From the NCBI RefSeq assembly GCF_000737315.1, contig NZ_JMCB01000029.1:22721-86720 (forward strand): a DNA stretch of 64,000 bases, given 5' to 3'. A program made the position numbers and the translations under genes. Below are positions 38,081 to 48,886 of the stretch, piece by piece. Origin of the DNA: Hyalangium minutum (GTDB taxonomy: Bacteria > Myxococcota > Myxococcia > Myxococcales > Myxococcaceae). How positions within the stretch are numbered: the first letter of the stretch is position 1; each line of letters starts with the position of its first letter. The notes below the pieces were generated by a model. That model was not told where the DNA came from and made no database searches. It worked only from the letters and a program-made list of their open reading frames with translations.

Positions 38081-39241
38081 ATGCCCCCGGCCTCATCCCG
38101 CCGCCTGCTGTTCGCTCTCGCCCTCAGCCTCGGCGTGCATGCAGCGGTGTGGCTCGTGCTGGCGGCCCGCGGCCGGGAGTCCTCGGAGCAGCGCCCGGTC
38201 CCTCCTCCTACTCCGGGGATGCTCCAGTTCGTCGAGGTAGAGGTCTCGCCTCCCCCCAAGCCTCCGGAGCCTCCACCGCCTCCTCCCAAGCCGGAGCCCG
38301 CGCGTCCTCCTCGCGCCGCACCGAAGCCCCTTGCCGCGGTAACGCCTCCTGTTCCGCCTCCACCTGCGTCCGAGGCTCCCGCTCCTCCCGCGCCCGCCCC
38401 CGTGACGGATGCGCCCCGAGCCGATGCGCCCCTCTCAGCAGATACGCCTCGACTCGGAGGGCCGCGCCTCGCCCCTTCACTCTCGCTCACACCCGGCGGC
38501 GAGGTCGCCGTCTCGCCCTCTGCCACGGGAGTGCCCCAAGGACTCCCGGCCCAATCCGCGCAGCAGGTGGTGGACACGCTCACCCAGGAGACGCTCGGCA
38601 AGGGCAAGGTGCAGCGCGGTCTGGTGCACCCCTACTTCACCCAACTCGGAAAGAGCCTGCTCAAATCGTGGGACGCCGAGCGCGCCGTCACCTCGCACGG
38701 CCTCAAGGGCTTCCTGGAGCAGGCCCAGGAGAACAGCAAGGCGTGGAACTCCATCTGGAGAGACCGGGCCGCGGCCTACGGAGCCTCGGGCTCGCCGCTG
38801 GAGGCGGACCCCGCGCTGAAGCCGGACCGCAGGCCCCCGAACGCGCTCTCCAATCCCAACCTGGAGGCGCGTCGCACCATGCGCCAGCAGATGCGCGAGG
38901 AGTTCCAGTCCACCCGCCGCGCCGTCATCCGCGTGGTGCAGGACGCGCAGGGGCGGCTCTTGGAGGTGACGCTCGTGTCTCCCAGCAACAATGCTCAGGT
39001 GGACAAGGAGGCCATGAAGGACGTGCGCACCGCCGCCGAGCAGCTCCCGCCCCCGCCTCCTGAGGCGCTCGCGGGCAAGCAGACGCTCACAAGCCTCTGG
39101 CAGTTCGAGCTGATCATCTCCATCACCCCACCGGTGCCCACGCTCAGCTTCGAGTTCGACGAGGCGCTGAAGTTCGTGGACATGCGGCTGCCGCTGGACC
39201 GGCGCATCTACAAGCGTGTGCGGCTGCTCTCGGTCCAGTGA
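38081..39241 (+). CDS. TonB-like protein (TM anchor, Pro-rich linker, TonB C-terminal-like domain)
   Basis: N-terminal ALALSLGVHAAV TM with His; long Pro-rich tract; C-terminal VIRVVQDAQGRLLEV.LVSPSNNAQVDKEA. Confidence 0.65.
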   Translation: MPPASSRRLLFALALSLGVHAAVWLVLAARGRESSEQRPVPPPTPGMLQFVEVEVSPPPKPPEPPPPPPKPEPARPPRAAPKPLAAVTPPVPPPPASEAPAPPAPAPVTDAPRADAPLSADTPRLGGPRLAPSLSLTPGGEVAVSPSATGVPQGLPAQSAQQVVDTLTQETLGKGKVQRGLVHPYFTQLGKSLLKSWDAERAVTSHGLKGFLEQAQENSKAWNSIWRDRAAAYGASGSPLEADPALKPDRRPPNALSNPNLEARRTMRQQMREEFQSTRRAVIRVVQDAQGRLLEVTLVSPSNNAQVDKEAMKDVRTAAEQLPPPPPEALAGKQTLTSLWQFELIISITPPVPTLSFEFDEALKFVDMRLPLDRRIYKRVRLLSVQ

Positions 39242-39252
39242 GGTGGGCCAAG

Positions 39253-39815
39253 AAGCCCCGCGTTCCAGGCTTCAGGAACGCAGGGCCGCGACTCACGAAT
39301 GAGACGTCAGGACGGTTCCGGCGACTTCGCTCCGTCGCTCACGCCGGGCAGCTGGGCGGTGAGCGCCTCGGCCAGCAGCAGCATCTGCTCCAGGGGGATG
39401 CCTTGGATGTCCACCACGGCCTTGCCCTTCTGGTTGCGAAGCGCGAGCTTCACCAGCGTGCCCTTGCCCTTGGGGAAGCGCTGCGCCACCGCCTCGGAGT
39501 ACTGCTCGGCCAGCGCCACCTTCTCCGGCTACAGCGGCTTGCTGGAGGTGGGCCGATGCTTGCGCTGCAGAGCCCGGCGCATCTGGTCCACGCTGCACGC
39601 TCCGAACGGCTGCTCGGTGACATTCCCGTTCTCATCCGGCACCTCGATAGGCGTGGGGCCCGGCTCCTCGTGGTTCAGCTCCAGCCCGGCCGCCTCCGCG
39701 TACATCAGCAGCACGGAGAGGCACGTGACGCCGAAGCGCCGCGCCACCGGCTCGCTGAAGTTCTCCGCCACCGTCCCGTACACCTTCAGCGTCGGCAGGG
39801 ACAGGTCCGCCAGGT
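39253..39815. repeat. Dispersed repeat of about 560 bp; second copy at 63439-64000
   Basis: Near-identical sequence by eye, from aagccccgcgt.ccaggcttcaggaacgcaggg to gacaggtccgccaggt, same orientation. Confidence 0.93.
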
Positions 39816-39850
39816 GCTGGCTGAAGTACTCCGCCACGTCCTTGTAGCCC
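39307..39850 (-). pseudogene. 5'-truncated, amber-interrupted copy of a multicopy myxobacterial hypothetical gene
   Basis: GYKDVAEYFSQHL...GIPLEQ matches the ORF at 63492; TAG at 39529-39531 replaces CCC; no recognisable N-terminus. Confidence 0.85.
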
Positions 39851-39977
39851 GAAAATAGTCCCCCTCCCTGCGGCGGTGGGGGTTCTCTAACCTGTTGAAT
39901 GAACAGGCGAGCACGGGGAGCTCCTGGGTGGAACGGACCTGGACGGGGTGCGTCTGTTCGAGGGATTGCCGCACGAC

Positions 39978-40250
39978 CGCCGCCCCGAGTGCACTCCCAG
40001 ACGGGTTCCTCCCAACCGTCACGAGGCTGCCAGCGCTCAAGCTCCCAGAGTCTCTGCGCTCGCCAGAGATTCCGTATCACCTGGGTTGGCTGAACTACGG
40101 GTCAGCCGCTACCGCAGAAGCCATCGGGTTCCCTGACCCTGCCCGCGACTTGGAACTGCTCTCGCGGGCGCGGCGCACGTCGTCGGGCGGATGGGTCGTG
40201 CAGCTCACCGATGCGCCGCTCGATCTCGACAACCCCGCGCACCTGGACCC
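39978..40250 (+). pseudogene. Deleted remnant of a toxin/immunity pair like 53525-55214
   Basis: RRPECTPRR (matches the toxin) joined to LPALKLP..SPEIPYHLGWLNY..GFPDPARD.ELLSRARRT.SGGWVVQLTDAPLDLDNPAHLD (matches the immunity C-terminus). Confidence 0.8.
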
Positions 40251-40342
40251 GAGGCGGCGGGAATCAACCCCGCCGCTTGGAACTTCTGCTGAGAGCGCTC
40301 CGACTCGGTCGATCAAGGAGCCCAGGCCCGGAACGGGTGGAT

Positions 40343-41320
40343 TCATTCCATCTGGCGCAGTGCTTCCTCCATCGCGGTGCGCAGCTCCGAGCCGTGCAGA
40401 TGGGCCAGCTCGGCCAGGGGCCGCGTACGCGCCAACTCTCTCGCCACCAGGTAGCCCACGAAGTAGCCGCTCCGAGCGGGGATGTCCTGGCGGGGGGAGT
40501 TTCCCAGGAAGAACGCCTGGTAGTCCTCGGGGGACTTCGAGTCGAGCTTCACGCGCAGCTCCGCGGCCAGCTTCGGCAGCAACGCCCGGGCCCGCGCCGG
40601 CATTTCCTCGGGCAGCCCGAAGACCATGCGCTCGGAGACTCCTGGATTGAGCGCCTGCGCCACGTATGTCGCCAGCCCCTCGTGCCACAAGGCCCCCGCC
40701 ACCGTATCCTCTGTCCCAAGGTCAGAAAACTGCTCCTGGTAGATGTGGAAGAGCTCGTGATCGAAGAAGGACTCCGCGTCCGCCGTGGGGCCGTAGATGG
40801 CGGCGATCACATCCACCCCGAACAGCAGCGCCGTCCTGCCCTTCACCTGACGGGTCGCCCCGTCGAACGCGCCCAGCGAGTTGAGGAAGTAGATCTCGCC
40901 CGTGTAGTTCAGGTCCGGGAAGGTCTGGCGGAAGCGTGCCTCGTAGAATGGGAGCTTCTGGCGCAGCTCCTCGGACAGCCGCCGCATCGTGTCGAAGTGG
41001 GGCGACACCCACTGCCAGTACTTCGGATAGCGCCTCGCCAGCTCCGCCTCGAAGGGCTGCTTCGCGTCGAAGCCCAGCACCTCGGCGGTGTAGAGCGCCG
41101 GGTGCGCCGCCACCACCTGCTCCCGGAAGAGTCGCACCTGCTCGGCCTGTTCCAGCCCCTGTGCCTGCTCCCAGTACTGCCAGAACGTGGGCATGGCGTC
41201 CACCACGCGATAGGTGGACGGAGAAGCCCTGGCCGGGACAGTGGCAGACGGCACGCAGCAGAGCATGGCCAGGCAGACGACTTGAGGAAGGGCACGGAGC
41301 AGCGCGCGCTGTGGGAGCAT
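40343..41320 (-). CDS. Secreted putative zinc metallopeptidase (gluzincin, DUF2268-like)
   Basis: Signal peptide; HELFH (HExxH) followed by HEGLATY; GYFVGY. Confidence 0.7.
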   Translation of the reverse strand: MLPQRALLRALPQVVCLAMLCCVPSATVPARASPSTYRVVDAMPTFWQYWEQAQGLEQAEQVRLFREQVVAAHPALYTAEVLGFDAKQPFEAELARRYPKYWQWVSPHFDTMRRLSEELRQKLPFYEARFRQTFPDLNYTGEIYFLNSLGAFDGATRQVKGRTALLFGVDVIAAIYGPTADAESFFDHELFHIYQEQFSDLGTEDTVAGALWHEGLATYVAQALNPGVSERMVFGLPEEMPARARALLPKLAAELRVKLDSKSPEDYQAFFLGNSPRQDIPARSGYFVGYLVARELARTRPLAELAHLHGSELRTAMEEALRQME

Positions 41321-41359
41321 GCCTTTCTCTACGCAGGCAAGGGCCCACGACTCAACGAG

Positions 41360-41570
41360 GAACTGCCTCGAGCGGCGCAACGTGGTGCGCCGCGCCCTGC
41401 TCGAGCGCAAGGGCCCCAAACTGGATGCCAACGACATCAGCTTCGAGGAGGCCTACCCGGGCGCGCCCGAAGACACGGCCACTCCGGCCCTGGAGCTGCC
41501 CGCCGGTGTCACCCTGGAGCAGATGATGGAGCGGCTGGAGCGCCAGCTCCTCCCTGTCCTACGACGTCTG
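41360..41570 (+). pseudogene. Fragment of a sigma54-dependent enhancer-binding protein (end of the AAA+ domain and linker)
   Basis: ERRNVVRRALLERKGPKLDANDISF...LEQMMERLERQLL resembles the ELRNVV.RA segment of NtrC-family activators; both ends are missing. Confidence 0.55.
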
Positions 41571-41631
41571 CTCTTCGGTGGTACTCCTGGATTCCATACG
41601 TGCGCACGAATTGAGAGCGCGGGGCGTCTGG

Positions 41632-43035
41632 TTATCGCTGGTAGCCGATTGCGATGATTTGGCCTGACGCGTCGCTGCTCACAAACAACTCGCCATTGGG
41701 GCCCACACCCAACCCCACCGGCCGATGCGGCCAGCCGGCTGCGGTGTCGCTGGCGCTGTCGAACTCGAAGAACGGCTCGTAGCGAACCGGCAGCCCGTTC
41801 TCGAACACCACCCGCACCACCTCGTAGCCCTGGGCGGGCTGTCGATTCCAGGAACCGTGGAAGCTGACGAAGGCGTCGCCGACCACCTCGGGCGGGAAGG
41901 ACGCGCCGTCGTAGAAGACGATGTCGAGCGGCGCAACGTGAGCGGGCATCGCCAACATCGGAGGCACCACATTGTTGACATTGCGGCACCACGCATCGGA
42001 GTGGGTGCCATCATTCATGAAGCCCGGATCTGCCCACTGCGTCGTCGGGCCCATTCCCACACCCGACGGAAGCAGAAACTCACTGAAGCAATAGGGGTAG
42101 CCATAGAACCGCCCGGCTTCGGCGAAGAGGTTCAGCTCTTCAGCGGGATTGTCGGTGTGAATGTCGCCCCCGAGGTCGGCACGATTAAGATTGTCTCGCC
42201 CGTTCTCCACGCCCCACAGCCGGCCCTGACTGTCGAAACGCAGGCCTACTTCGTTCCGAAGGCCATCGGCAAACACCTCGCCGTCCGTGAAAGCCACGTT
42301 GCCCGCCTGAGCCTGGGTTGCGGTGAAGCGACGGATGCGAGCGCGCGTCGAATCGCTGTCCACGTTCGCGGCTGAACCGACGCTCACGTAGAGGCGGCCT
42401 TGGGCGTCAAAGATGATCGTCCGGGTGACATGGCCGCCCGCAGGGCCGCCCGAAGGGATGCCGGTCACCACTTCTTCCTGGCCGCTCAGCGCTGCTCTCG
42501 TTCCGGTTGCGAACGGCCAACGGAGGACGCGCGTCGCGGAAGAGGCATAGAGATATCCGTCGTGCAGTGTGATGCCATGGTTGAGCCCGCTGACCTCGAC
42601 CAGCGTCGCCCGTTCGGATGAATCCGAAACGCCGTCACCGTTCGAATCGTAGAGCGCGGTGATTCGACCCGCGGTGCGCTCGACCACCAGAACGTCTCCG
42701 TTCGGAGCGACGATCAACCCTCGCGGATTGGCAACGGTCGCCCAGGTCCATGCACAGTACCCCGCTGGCAACCTCGCATTGGCCACGTTGGCGCTCGAAG
42801 GCCCCAGGCAGCTGTTCTTGAGAGAAGTCCCAGCATCGGAAGTGCCGGCATCGGAACTCCCGCCGCCGTCGGCCACACCGGCGTCATTCGTTGGGTTTTG
42901 AGCTCCGGCATCGGTCCGACTCCCGGCATCCATTTCGACGCCGGCATCGCTCTCGGTGGAGGGCCGGTCTGAACAAGCCAGGAGGGCAGAGGCACAGAGC
43001 GCTGCGACGAGCCCAAGTCGTTGGTGAAGCGGCAT
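41632..43035 (-). CDS. PQQ-dependent glucose/sorbosone dehydrogenase family lipoprotein
   Basis: Lipobox LLAC; NPRGL, GGHVTRTI.FD..GRLYVSVGS, GLRNEVG, ENGRD, PAEELN, YGYPYC, AHVAPL, SFHGSWN, RPVGL. Confidence 0.88.
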   Translation of the reverse strand: MPLHQRLGLVAALCASALLACSDRPSTESDAGVEMDAGSRTDAGAQNPTNDAGVADGGGSSDAGTSDAGTSLKNSCLGPSSANVANARLPAGYCAWTWATVANPRGLIVAPNGDVLVVERTAGRITALYDSNGDGVSDSSERATLVEVSGLNHGITLHDGYLYASSATRVLRWPFATGTRAALSGQEEVVTGIPSGGPAGGHVTRTIIFDAQGRLYVSVGSAANVDSDSTRARIRRFTATQAQAGNVAFTDGEVFADGLRNEVGLRFDSQGRLWGVENGRDNLNRADLGGDIHTDNPAEELNLFAEAGRFYGYPYCFSEFLLPSGVGMGPTTQWADPGFMNDGTHSDAWCRNVNNVVPPMLAMPAHVAPLDIVFYDGASFPPEVVGDAFVSFHGSWNRQPAQGYEVVRVVFENGLPVRYEPFFEFDSASDTAAGWPHRPVGLGVGPNGELFVSSDASGQIIAIGYQR

Positions 43036-43186
43036 GGCTCCGCAACGGGCCGACCTCTTGACGCCGTTGCCGAGCGGGAGGGAGAAGCGTCTTCCAGTCA
43101 TGGTGTGATTGCCTCAAAGAAAGAGGGGTTTGCTGCCCTGCGAGGAGTGATGGGGCTGCCCAAGGGTTGCACCATCATGAAGATCC

Positions 43187-43999
43187 TCATTTCTTTTCGA
43201 AGACCTCTTTGGCCACGGTCACTGCGGTGATGGCACTCGGCCAGCCGGCATAAAAGGCGAGGTGCGTGATCGTCTCGACCAGCTCCTCCTGCGTCACGCC
43301 GTTATCGCGGGCGAGGGCTAGGTGTGAGCGGAGCTGCTCGGGACGGTTCATGGCGATCAGCGCGCTGACGGTCACGAGGCTGCGGTCGCGAGGCGAGAGC
43401 TGCGGGCGCGTCCACACATCGCCGAAGAGCACTTCGTCGGTGAGCTCGACCAGCTTCGGGGAGAACTCGCCGATCAGTTTCTGGGCGCGCGTCGGTTGCG
43501 CGGTTTGCGTCAGTGCATTGGGAGCGGATTGGCCGCGTAAGGGCATGCCGTATTGCTCCTCGGTGACCTTCTCCAGCCAGTCGGCGCTCTTGCCATCGAG
43601 CTGTTCCACGATGGCGATATGCGCCATCGACGTCTTCGGCGCCGCTCCATGCCAGTGCTTTACGTTCGGCGGAATGCGGACGACATCCCCCTGCCGGATC
43701 TCATCGACCGGTCCGCCCCACTGCTGCACGCGCCCAGTTCCGGCTGTGACGATGAGGGTCTGGCCGAGCGGGTGGCTGTGCCATGCGGTTCTCGCGCCCG
43801 CCTCGAACGTGACGAGCGCGCCCGTCGCCCGCGCCGGACCGCTGGCCTCAAACAACGGGTCGACGCGGACGGAGCCGGTGAAGTTTTCGGCCGGCCCCTG
43901 CCGCGACGGCTGCGTGCCGCGCCGAGCGATGGTGATGGTTTGAGCGGATGCGGAAGCAGCGAAAAGCAGAGAGAGGACGGCCGCAGCGAGCACGTTCAT
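43187..43999 (-). CDS. Cupin (hydroxynitrile-lyase-like) / carboxymuconolactone-decarboxylase fusion with signal peptide
   Basis: [28 protein letters not shown] (cupin); [28 protein letters not shown] (CMD). Confidence 0.85.
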   Translation of the reverse strand: MNVLAAAVLSLLFAASASAQTITIARRGTQPSRQGPAENFTGSVRVDPLFEASGPARATGALVTFEAGARTAWHSHPLGQTLIVTAGTGRVQQWGGPVDEIRQGDVVRIPPNVKHWHGAAPKTSMAHIAIVEQLDGKSADWLEKVTEEQYGMPLRGQSAPNALTQTAQPTRAQKLIGEFSPKLVELTDEVLFGDVWTRPQLSPRDRSLVTVSALIAMNRPEQLRSHLALARDNGVTQEELVETITHLAFYAGWPSAITAVTVAKEVFEKK

Positions 44000-44018
44000 G
44001 GGAGCTCCTCCTGGAGGT

Positions 44019-45116
44019 TCAATCCAGCCCCTTCTGCGTGAGAAACTGCGACAGAAGGTCAGCGATCTGGACATTGTTGAGATCCGACATGGGGAAGTGC
44101 GTATTGCCGCGAATCCCGATCTCGGGCAGGTGCACGACGGTCACGTCACCGCCGTGGCGGTTCACCGCATCGCGGAACTGCCTGGCCATGGCGAGCGTGA
44201 CGCGCCACTGGTCCTGGCCCGGATTCGTGGTGGGATTCTCGGCAATGGAGTCGCCGTAGTACATGACGATCGGCATCTTCGTGAGCTGGAGGAAGTCCGA
44301 CAGCGGCACCTCGACGCCTCTTGCCGTGCCTCCGGCGTACGTCATCGGCTCAGGTGCTTCGCCCTGCGGGAAGACGAAGCCAGCACCCGGTTCGTAGGAA
44401 ACGATGGCTCGCACATTTCTGTTCTTGATCGCCGTGCGCCAGCCGAGTCCACCGCTCTGTGAGTGCGTGACGAGAATGCCGGAGCCGATTCGGTCGAAGA
44501 GTGCGGAAACCCCGTTGGTATTGACCTCCGCGTCGTAGGGGCCCGTGTTGGGCACCATCTGCCGGAAGAACTGGTTGAGTGCCTCTGGATCGCTCGAGAA
44601 CTGCACGCCTGGGTAGAAGTCCGGCCACAGGCCCAAGCGGAAGATGCCAAACCAGAGCTGTTCGTCAGGAGCCGCCGTCATCGTCACGGGCTGAGTGCTG
44701 CGTGCTGCGCGGCCGCGTCGGGGTTGATCGATCAAATACACCGGGAAGCGACGGCGCAGGAAAATGTTCTGGAAGCCCTCTCGGCCGTCCGGCGTGCTCT
44801 CCCACGTCTTCGCGGACTGGCCATGGCCGTGCCAGAACACGAGCGGGAGCTTTCTGGCATTGGCCGGGGTCTCATAGGACACGTAAACGTGATCGCCGTG
44901 CAACGTCTGCCCCGCGGAATCGGGCCCCGCAGGGTTGTAACTGCCCTGTTTGATGGGGTCGAACGTTCCGGGCGCGGTGATGACCGTTCCGCCGACTGCA
45001 AAGCTGCCTTGCTCCTGAATGAGCAGCGGCCCGGGTTCATTGTTTCCAGCCGTGGTTGCACACGCGGCGGCGCTGAGCGCGACGGTGATCAGAGCAAAGG
45101 CAGTCAGGTGTTTCAT
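44019..45116 (-). CDS. Alpha/beta hydrolase lipoprotein
   Basis: Lipobox AAAC; [29 protein letters not shown], nucleophile THSQSG, GNTHFP. Confidence 0.85.
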   Translation of the reverse strand: MKHLTAFALITVALSAAACATTAGNNEPGPLLIQEQGSFAVGGTVITAPGTFDPIKQGSYNPAGPDSAGQTLHGDHVYVSYETPANARKLPLVFWHGHGQSAKTWESTPDGREGFQNIFLRRRFPVYLIDQPRRGRAARSTQPVTMTAAPDEQLWFGIFRLGLWPDFYPGVQFSSDPEALNQFFRQMVPNTGPYDAEVNTNGVSALFDRIGSGILVTHSQSGGLGWRTAIKNRNVRAIVSYEPGAGFVFPQGEAPEPMTYAGGTARGVEVPLSDFLQLTKMPIVMYYGDSIAENPTTNPGQDQWRVTLAMARQFRDAVNRHGGDVTVVHLPEIGIRGNTHFPMSDLNNVQIADLLSQFLTQKGLD

Positions 45117-45208
45117 CCGTCCAATCCCTTCTTTGCTAGAGAATCTGACAGCAGGTCTCCAGTTGCGGATCGGGGGCGTTCCGTCATGTCTCTTCGTCCT
45201 CGTGACCT

Positions 45209-46081
<873 letters not shown>

Positions 46082-46093
46082 CTACACGCGCGG

Positions 46094-46222
46094 TCATGGC
46101 CTACTTGCCCACGCGCGCCGCAAGGCGGTGCCGCACCCATGGTTGAGTCCCATGAAGCCGAAGCCGAGGGCCGAGACCTCGAGTTCACTGTTGCCGAGCT
46201 GCCGCTTCGTCATCTCGCTCAT
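46094..46222 (-). pseudogene. N-terminal remnant of a second aldo/keto reductase
   Basis: MSEMTKRQLGNSELEVSALGFGFMGLNHG is a canonical AKR start; it stops after 42 codons. Confidence 0.75.
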
Positions 46223-46253
46223 GCCAGCAAGATACGTCCGGCCCTCTGACCAC

Positions 46254-46289
46254 GAAACCAGCATGAACTGCATGCGGGGTTTAGAAAAA
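46254..46289 (-). promoter_or_regulatory. Putative LysR operator/promoter, copy 1 (upstream of the AKR operon)
   Basis: 36-bp element matching the reverse complement of 47279-47314 at 27/36 positions, including an exact tttttctaaac. Confidence 0.55.
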
Positions 46290-46291
46290 CT

Positions 46292-47212
46292 TCACGTTGC
46301 TCCGCCCGCCCGGTCAGCCTTCACCTGCTCGCGGGCGACCTCGACGAACGCCTTGAGCGCGGGCGAGACCTGCGACCGCTTCGGGAAGTACAGGTAGAGC
46401 CCCGGCACCTCGGGTGTGTACGGCTCGAGGACGACGCGCAGGCGCCCGGTCGTGAGATCGCTCTCGACGCGGCGCTCGAGTGAGTAGAACAATCCCACGC
46501 CCGCGACAGCCATAGTGCGCATCAGCTCGGCATCGTTCGTCGTCACCGGTCCGCGAACCGGTACGCGGTAGGTCTTCTTGCCACGCTCGAGCTCCCACGC
46601 CCACGGCTCTCCGCTGGGGGACCGGCGGATGCAGATGCAGTCGTGCTGGAGGAGATCCTGGGGCTTCTGTGGCACGCCCTTTCGCTCGAAGTACGACGGC
46701 GCGCCGACCACCACCAAGCGCGTCGGGCCCGACAGGCGGACGTGGACCATGTCGCGATCGATCGACTCGATGAGCCGCATGCCGGCGTCGAACTCGCCGG
46801 CCACGGTGTTCACGAAGCGGTCGTCGACATGGACCTCCACGCCCACCTTCGGGTAGCGCGCGATGAAGCGCGGGAGGAGATCCGCGAGGACCATCGAGAC
46901 CGATGCGCTGGGTACGCTGAGGCGCACGCGGCCCGTCACCTCGCCTCGCTTGGCCCGCACGGTCTTCAGCGACTCGAGCGCTTGATCGACGGCAGGTCCG
47001 GCGTTGTCGAGCAGGCGATGGCCGGCGTCGGTCAGGGCGACACTGCGCGAGGTGCGCGTCAGCAACGCGACGCCGAGCCGCTCCTCGAGCTGTCGGACCG
47101 ACTGGCTGAGCGCCGACGTCGACACGCCGAGGTCTCGCGCCGCCGCCGCGTAGCTGAGGCGCCGAGCGACGACGATGAAGGCGTTAAGCGGGTTGAGCAG
47201 CGTGAAGGCCAT
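46292..47212 (-). CDS. LysR family regulator (DmlR/PgrR-like)
   Basis: LNAFIVVARRLSYAAAARDLGVS.SALSQ..R.LE..LG..LL.RTSRSVALT; FDAGMR; LYFP.R. Confidence 0.92.
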   Translation of the reverse strand: MAFTLLNPLNAFIVVARRLSYAAAARDLGVSTSALSQSVRQLEERLGVALLTRTSRSVALTDAGHRLLDNAGPAVDQALESLKTVRAKRGEVTGRVRLSVPSASVSMVLADLLPRFIARYPKVGVEVHVDDRFVNTVAGEFDAGMRLIESIDRDMVHVRLSGPTRLVVVGAPSYFERKGVPQKPQDLLQHDCICIRRSPSGEPWAWELERGKKTYRVPVRGPVTTNDAELMRTMAVAGVGLFYSLERRVESDLTTGRLRVVLEPYTPEVPGLYLYFPKRSQVSPALKAFVEVAREQVKADRAGGAT

Positions 47213-47278
47213 CGTGAAGGTTCTCTACACGGGAGCTCCGCACAGAGCCAGCGCCACATGTTCGAGCGAACGTCCGCT

Positions 47279-47314
47279 TTTTTCTAAACAGCCCATACCG
47301 ATCGTGCAGCTTTC
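47279..47314 (+). promoter_or_regulatory. Putative LysR operator/promoter, copy 2 (divergent from lysR)
   Basis: Inverted counterpart of 46254-46289; both copies are followed by cgtatct and an ATG 31-33 nt later. Confidence 0.5.
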
Positions 47315-47391
47315 GCGGAGATGCTGCATGCCGTATCTCTGGGTGACATGGTGGCCCGACGAGCCGTAGAAAGGGATGAGCACTCCGGGCT

Positions 47392-48549
47392 TCATCTCTC
47401 CAAAGCGGCGGGGTTCGTCTTCACCCAGGTATCAATCGCCTTGATGGCTGCGGCGGCGCGTGACTCGCGGGGACCCGAGATCAGCACGGGCGTCCTGCCC
47501 TCGGCGCGCACAGCCTCCATGCAGGACTGGACGAAGGCTTGACGCGCAGCGGGCTCGTCCCGATGGGCGGGCCCAGCCCACGGCGCGTCATCGAGCACAA
47601 GGTACAGATCTCCGAGCTCCGAGGGCGACAGCAGGGAGCGCTCTCTGACTCCGTAGAGCCGCTCTTTCCAGAGCATCAGCGAGATCAGATCCGTGTCGGC
47701 CACGAAAAAACGCTTCGTGTTGCCCTGTGCGGTCGCGAGAACCGCGCGCTGTGCTCTCGCCAGTTCATCGAAGTCACCCTGAGCCGGAGTCTTGCCCATG
47801 TTCTTGGACGACCAGTACGCCACGTACTCGGGGGCTCGCGAGACGTTGTAGTGCTTGGCCAGCGTCTGGGACAGCGTTGTCTTGCCGGCGCCTTCCGGAC
47901 CTAGCAGCACCACCGAGCAGGTGAAGTGCCGCCGCGCGTCGGGGTGAACGAAGGACCAGTGCTCCCACGGCGCCTTGCGGATCATCGTCGCGCTGATCGG
48001 GACGTTGCGGCGCTCGGGATCGACCAGGACGAAGTCCAGCTTCAGCCGGGAGGCGAGCTCTTGCGCCTGGGGATCCGACGCGACGAGCGTCCGGATCTCC
48101 GGGTGCAGGTTCCGGCTGCTGAGATAATTGGCCCATGCTTGCCAGAACTCGGGCTGATCGGGCGATCCGGTGATGGGCACATCGAGCGCCGTCGTCGCGT
48201 GGCTGAATGGACGACCGTGCAGCAAGGTTTGAATCACGTCCCTCCGAGTCGGGACGGGGAGCGGGTCCTGTCTCTTGCCGACCACGAAGACGATGAGCGG
48301 CCCCTGCACGGCCTGCTCCGCTGCCTGGAGCAGAAAGGAATGCCCCAGGTGCGGAGGGTTGAAGCGCCCCAGCACCAGCGCGCCGCCCGCGCGCTTGGAG
48401 GGCTGCGGGGTCACGAGGCTGCGAGTCCGGTGGTGCCAGAACGCGACCGACTCCTGCGAGCCCAGGTCGTCACGTGACGCGCCGATGAAGCGATCGGATT
48501 CGGAGGGCTCCCACCCGGAGCCGTACCACGCGTCGATCTCAAGTCCCAT
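47392..48549 (-). CDS. NadR-like bifunctional HxGH nucleotidyltransferase / P-loop kinase (no HTH)
   Basis: GRFNPPHLGH; ISAT.IR; Walker A GPEGAGKTTL; EYV; DTD; DLYLVL. Confidence 0.8.
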   Translation of the reverse strand: MGLEIDAWYGSGWEPSESDRFIGASRDDLGSQESVAFWHHRTRSLVTPQPSKRAGGALVLGRFNPPHLGHSFLLQAAEQAVQGPLIVFVVGKRQDPLPVPTRRDVIQTLLHGRPFSHATTALDVPITGSPDQPEFWQAWANYLSSRNLHPEIRTLVASDPQAQELASRLKLDFVLVDPERRNVPISATMIRKAPWEHWSFVHPDARRHFTCSVVLLGPEGAGKTTLSQTLAKHYNVSRAPEYVAYWSSKNMGKTPAQGDFDELARAQRAVLATAQGNTKRFFVADTDLISLMLWKERLYGVRERSLLSPSELGDLYLVLDDAPWAGPAHRDEPAARQAFVQSCMEAVRAEGRTPVLISGPRESRAAAAIKAIDTWVKTNPAALER

Positions 48550-48886
48550 GGGTGCCTCCTGGCGTGGCTGCAGGTGTACCGTGAGCCAGCACTTCCTTGG
48601 ATCTCTACATGCTCTGGGGGCTCTCGGCGAGCGGGGGGAGCCCTCCGCGCTCGCGCTCCTCGTTTCGAGTCGTGGTAAGCACTTGGGCCAATATCCATTG
48701 ACTGACGCTCTGGGTAGAGAGTGCCGTATCCTGAGGGCTTTCAAAGAGCGCCTGATGCGTCGATTCCTATCCAAAGCCGTTGTCATGTCCGCGTCGGGGA
48801 GCGGTTTCACCTCGGCGTGGGCGCGGGGGCGGGCCTGCAGCGCCATCCGGGCACCCCGACGTTCCGCCTGCTTGTCCGCATGTCCT

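Noticed and set aside
39529-39531. In-frame TAG as possible pyrrolysine or readthrough recoding
   Set aside because: The paralog has Pro at this site, the copy also lacks its 5' end, and no pyl genes are in the window; pseudogenisation is simpler.
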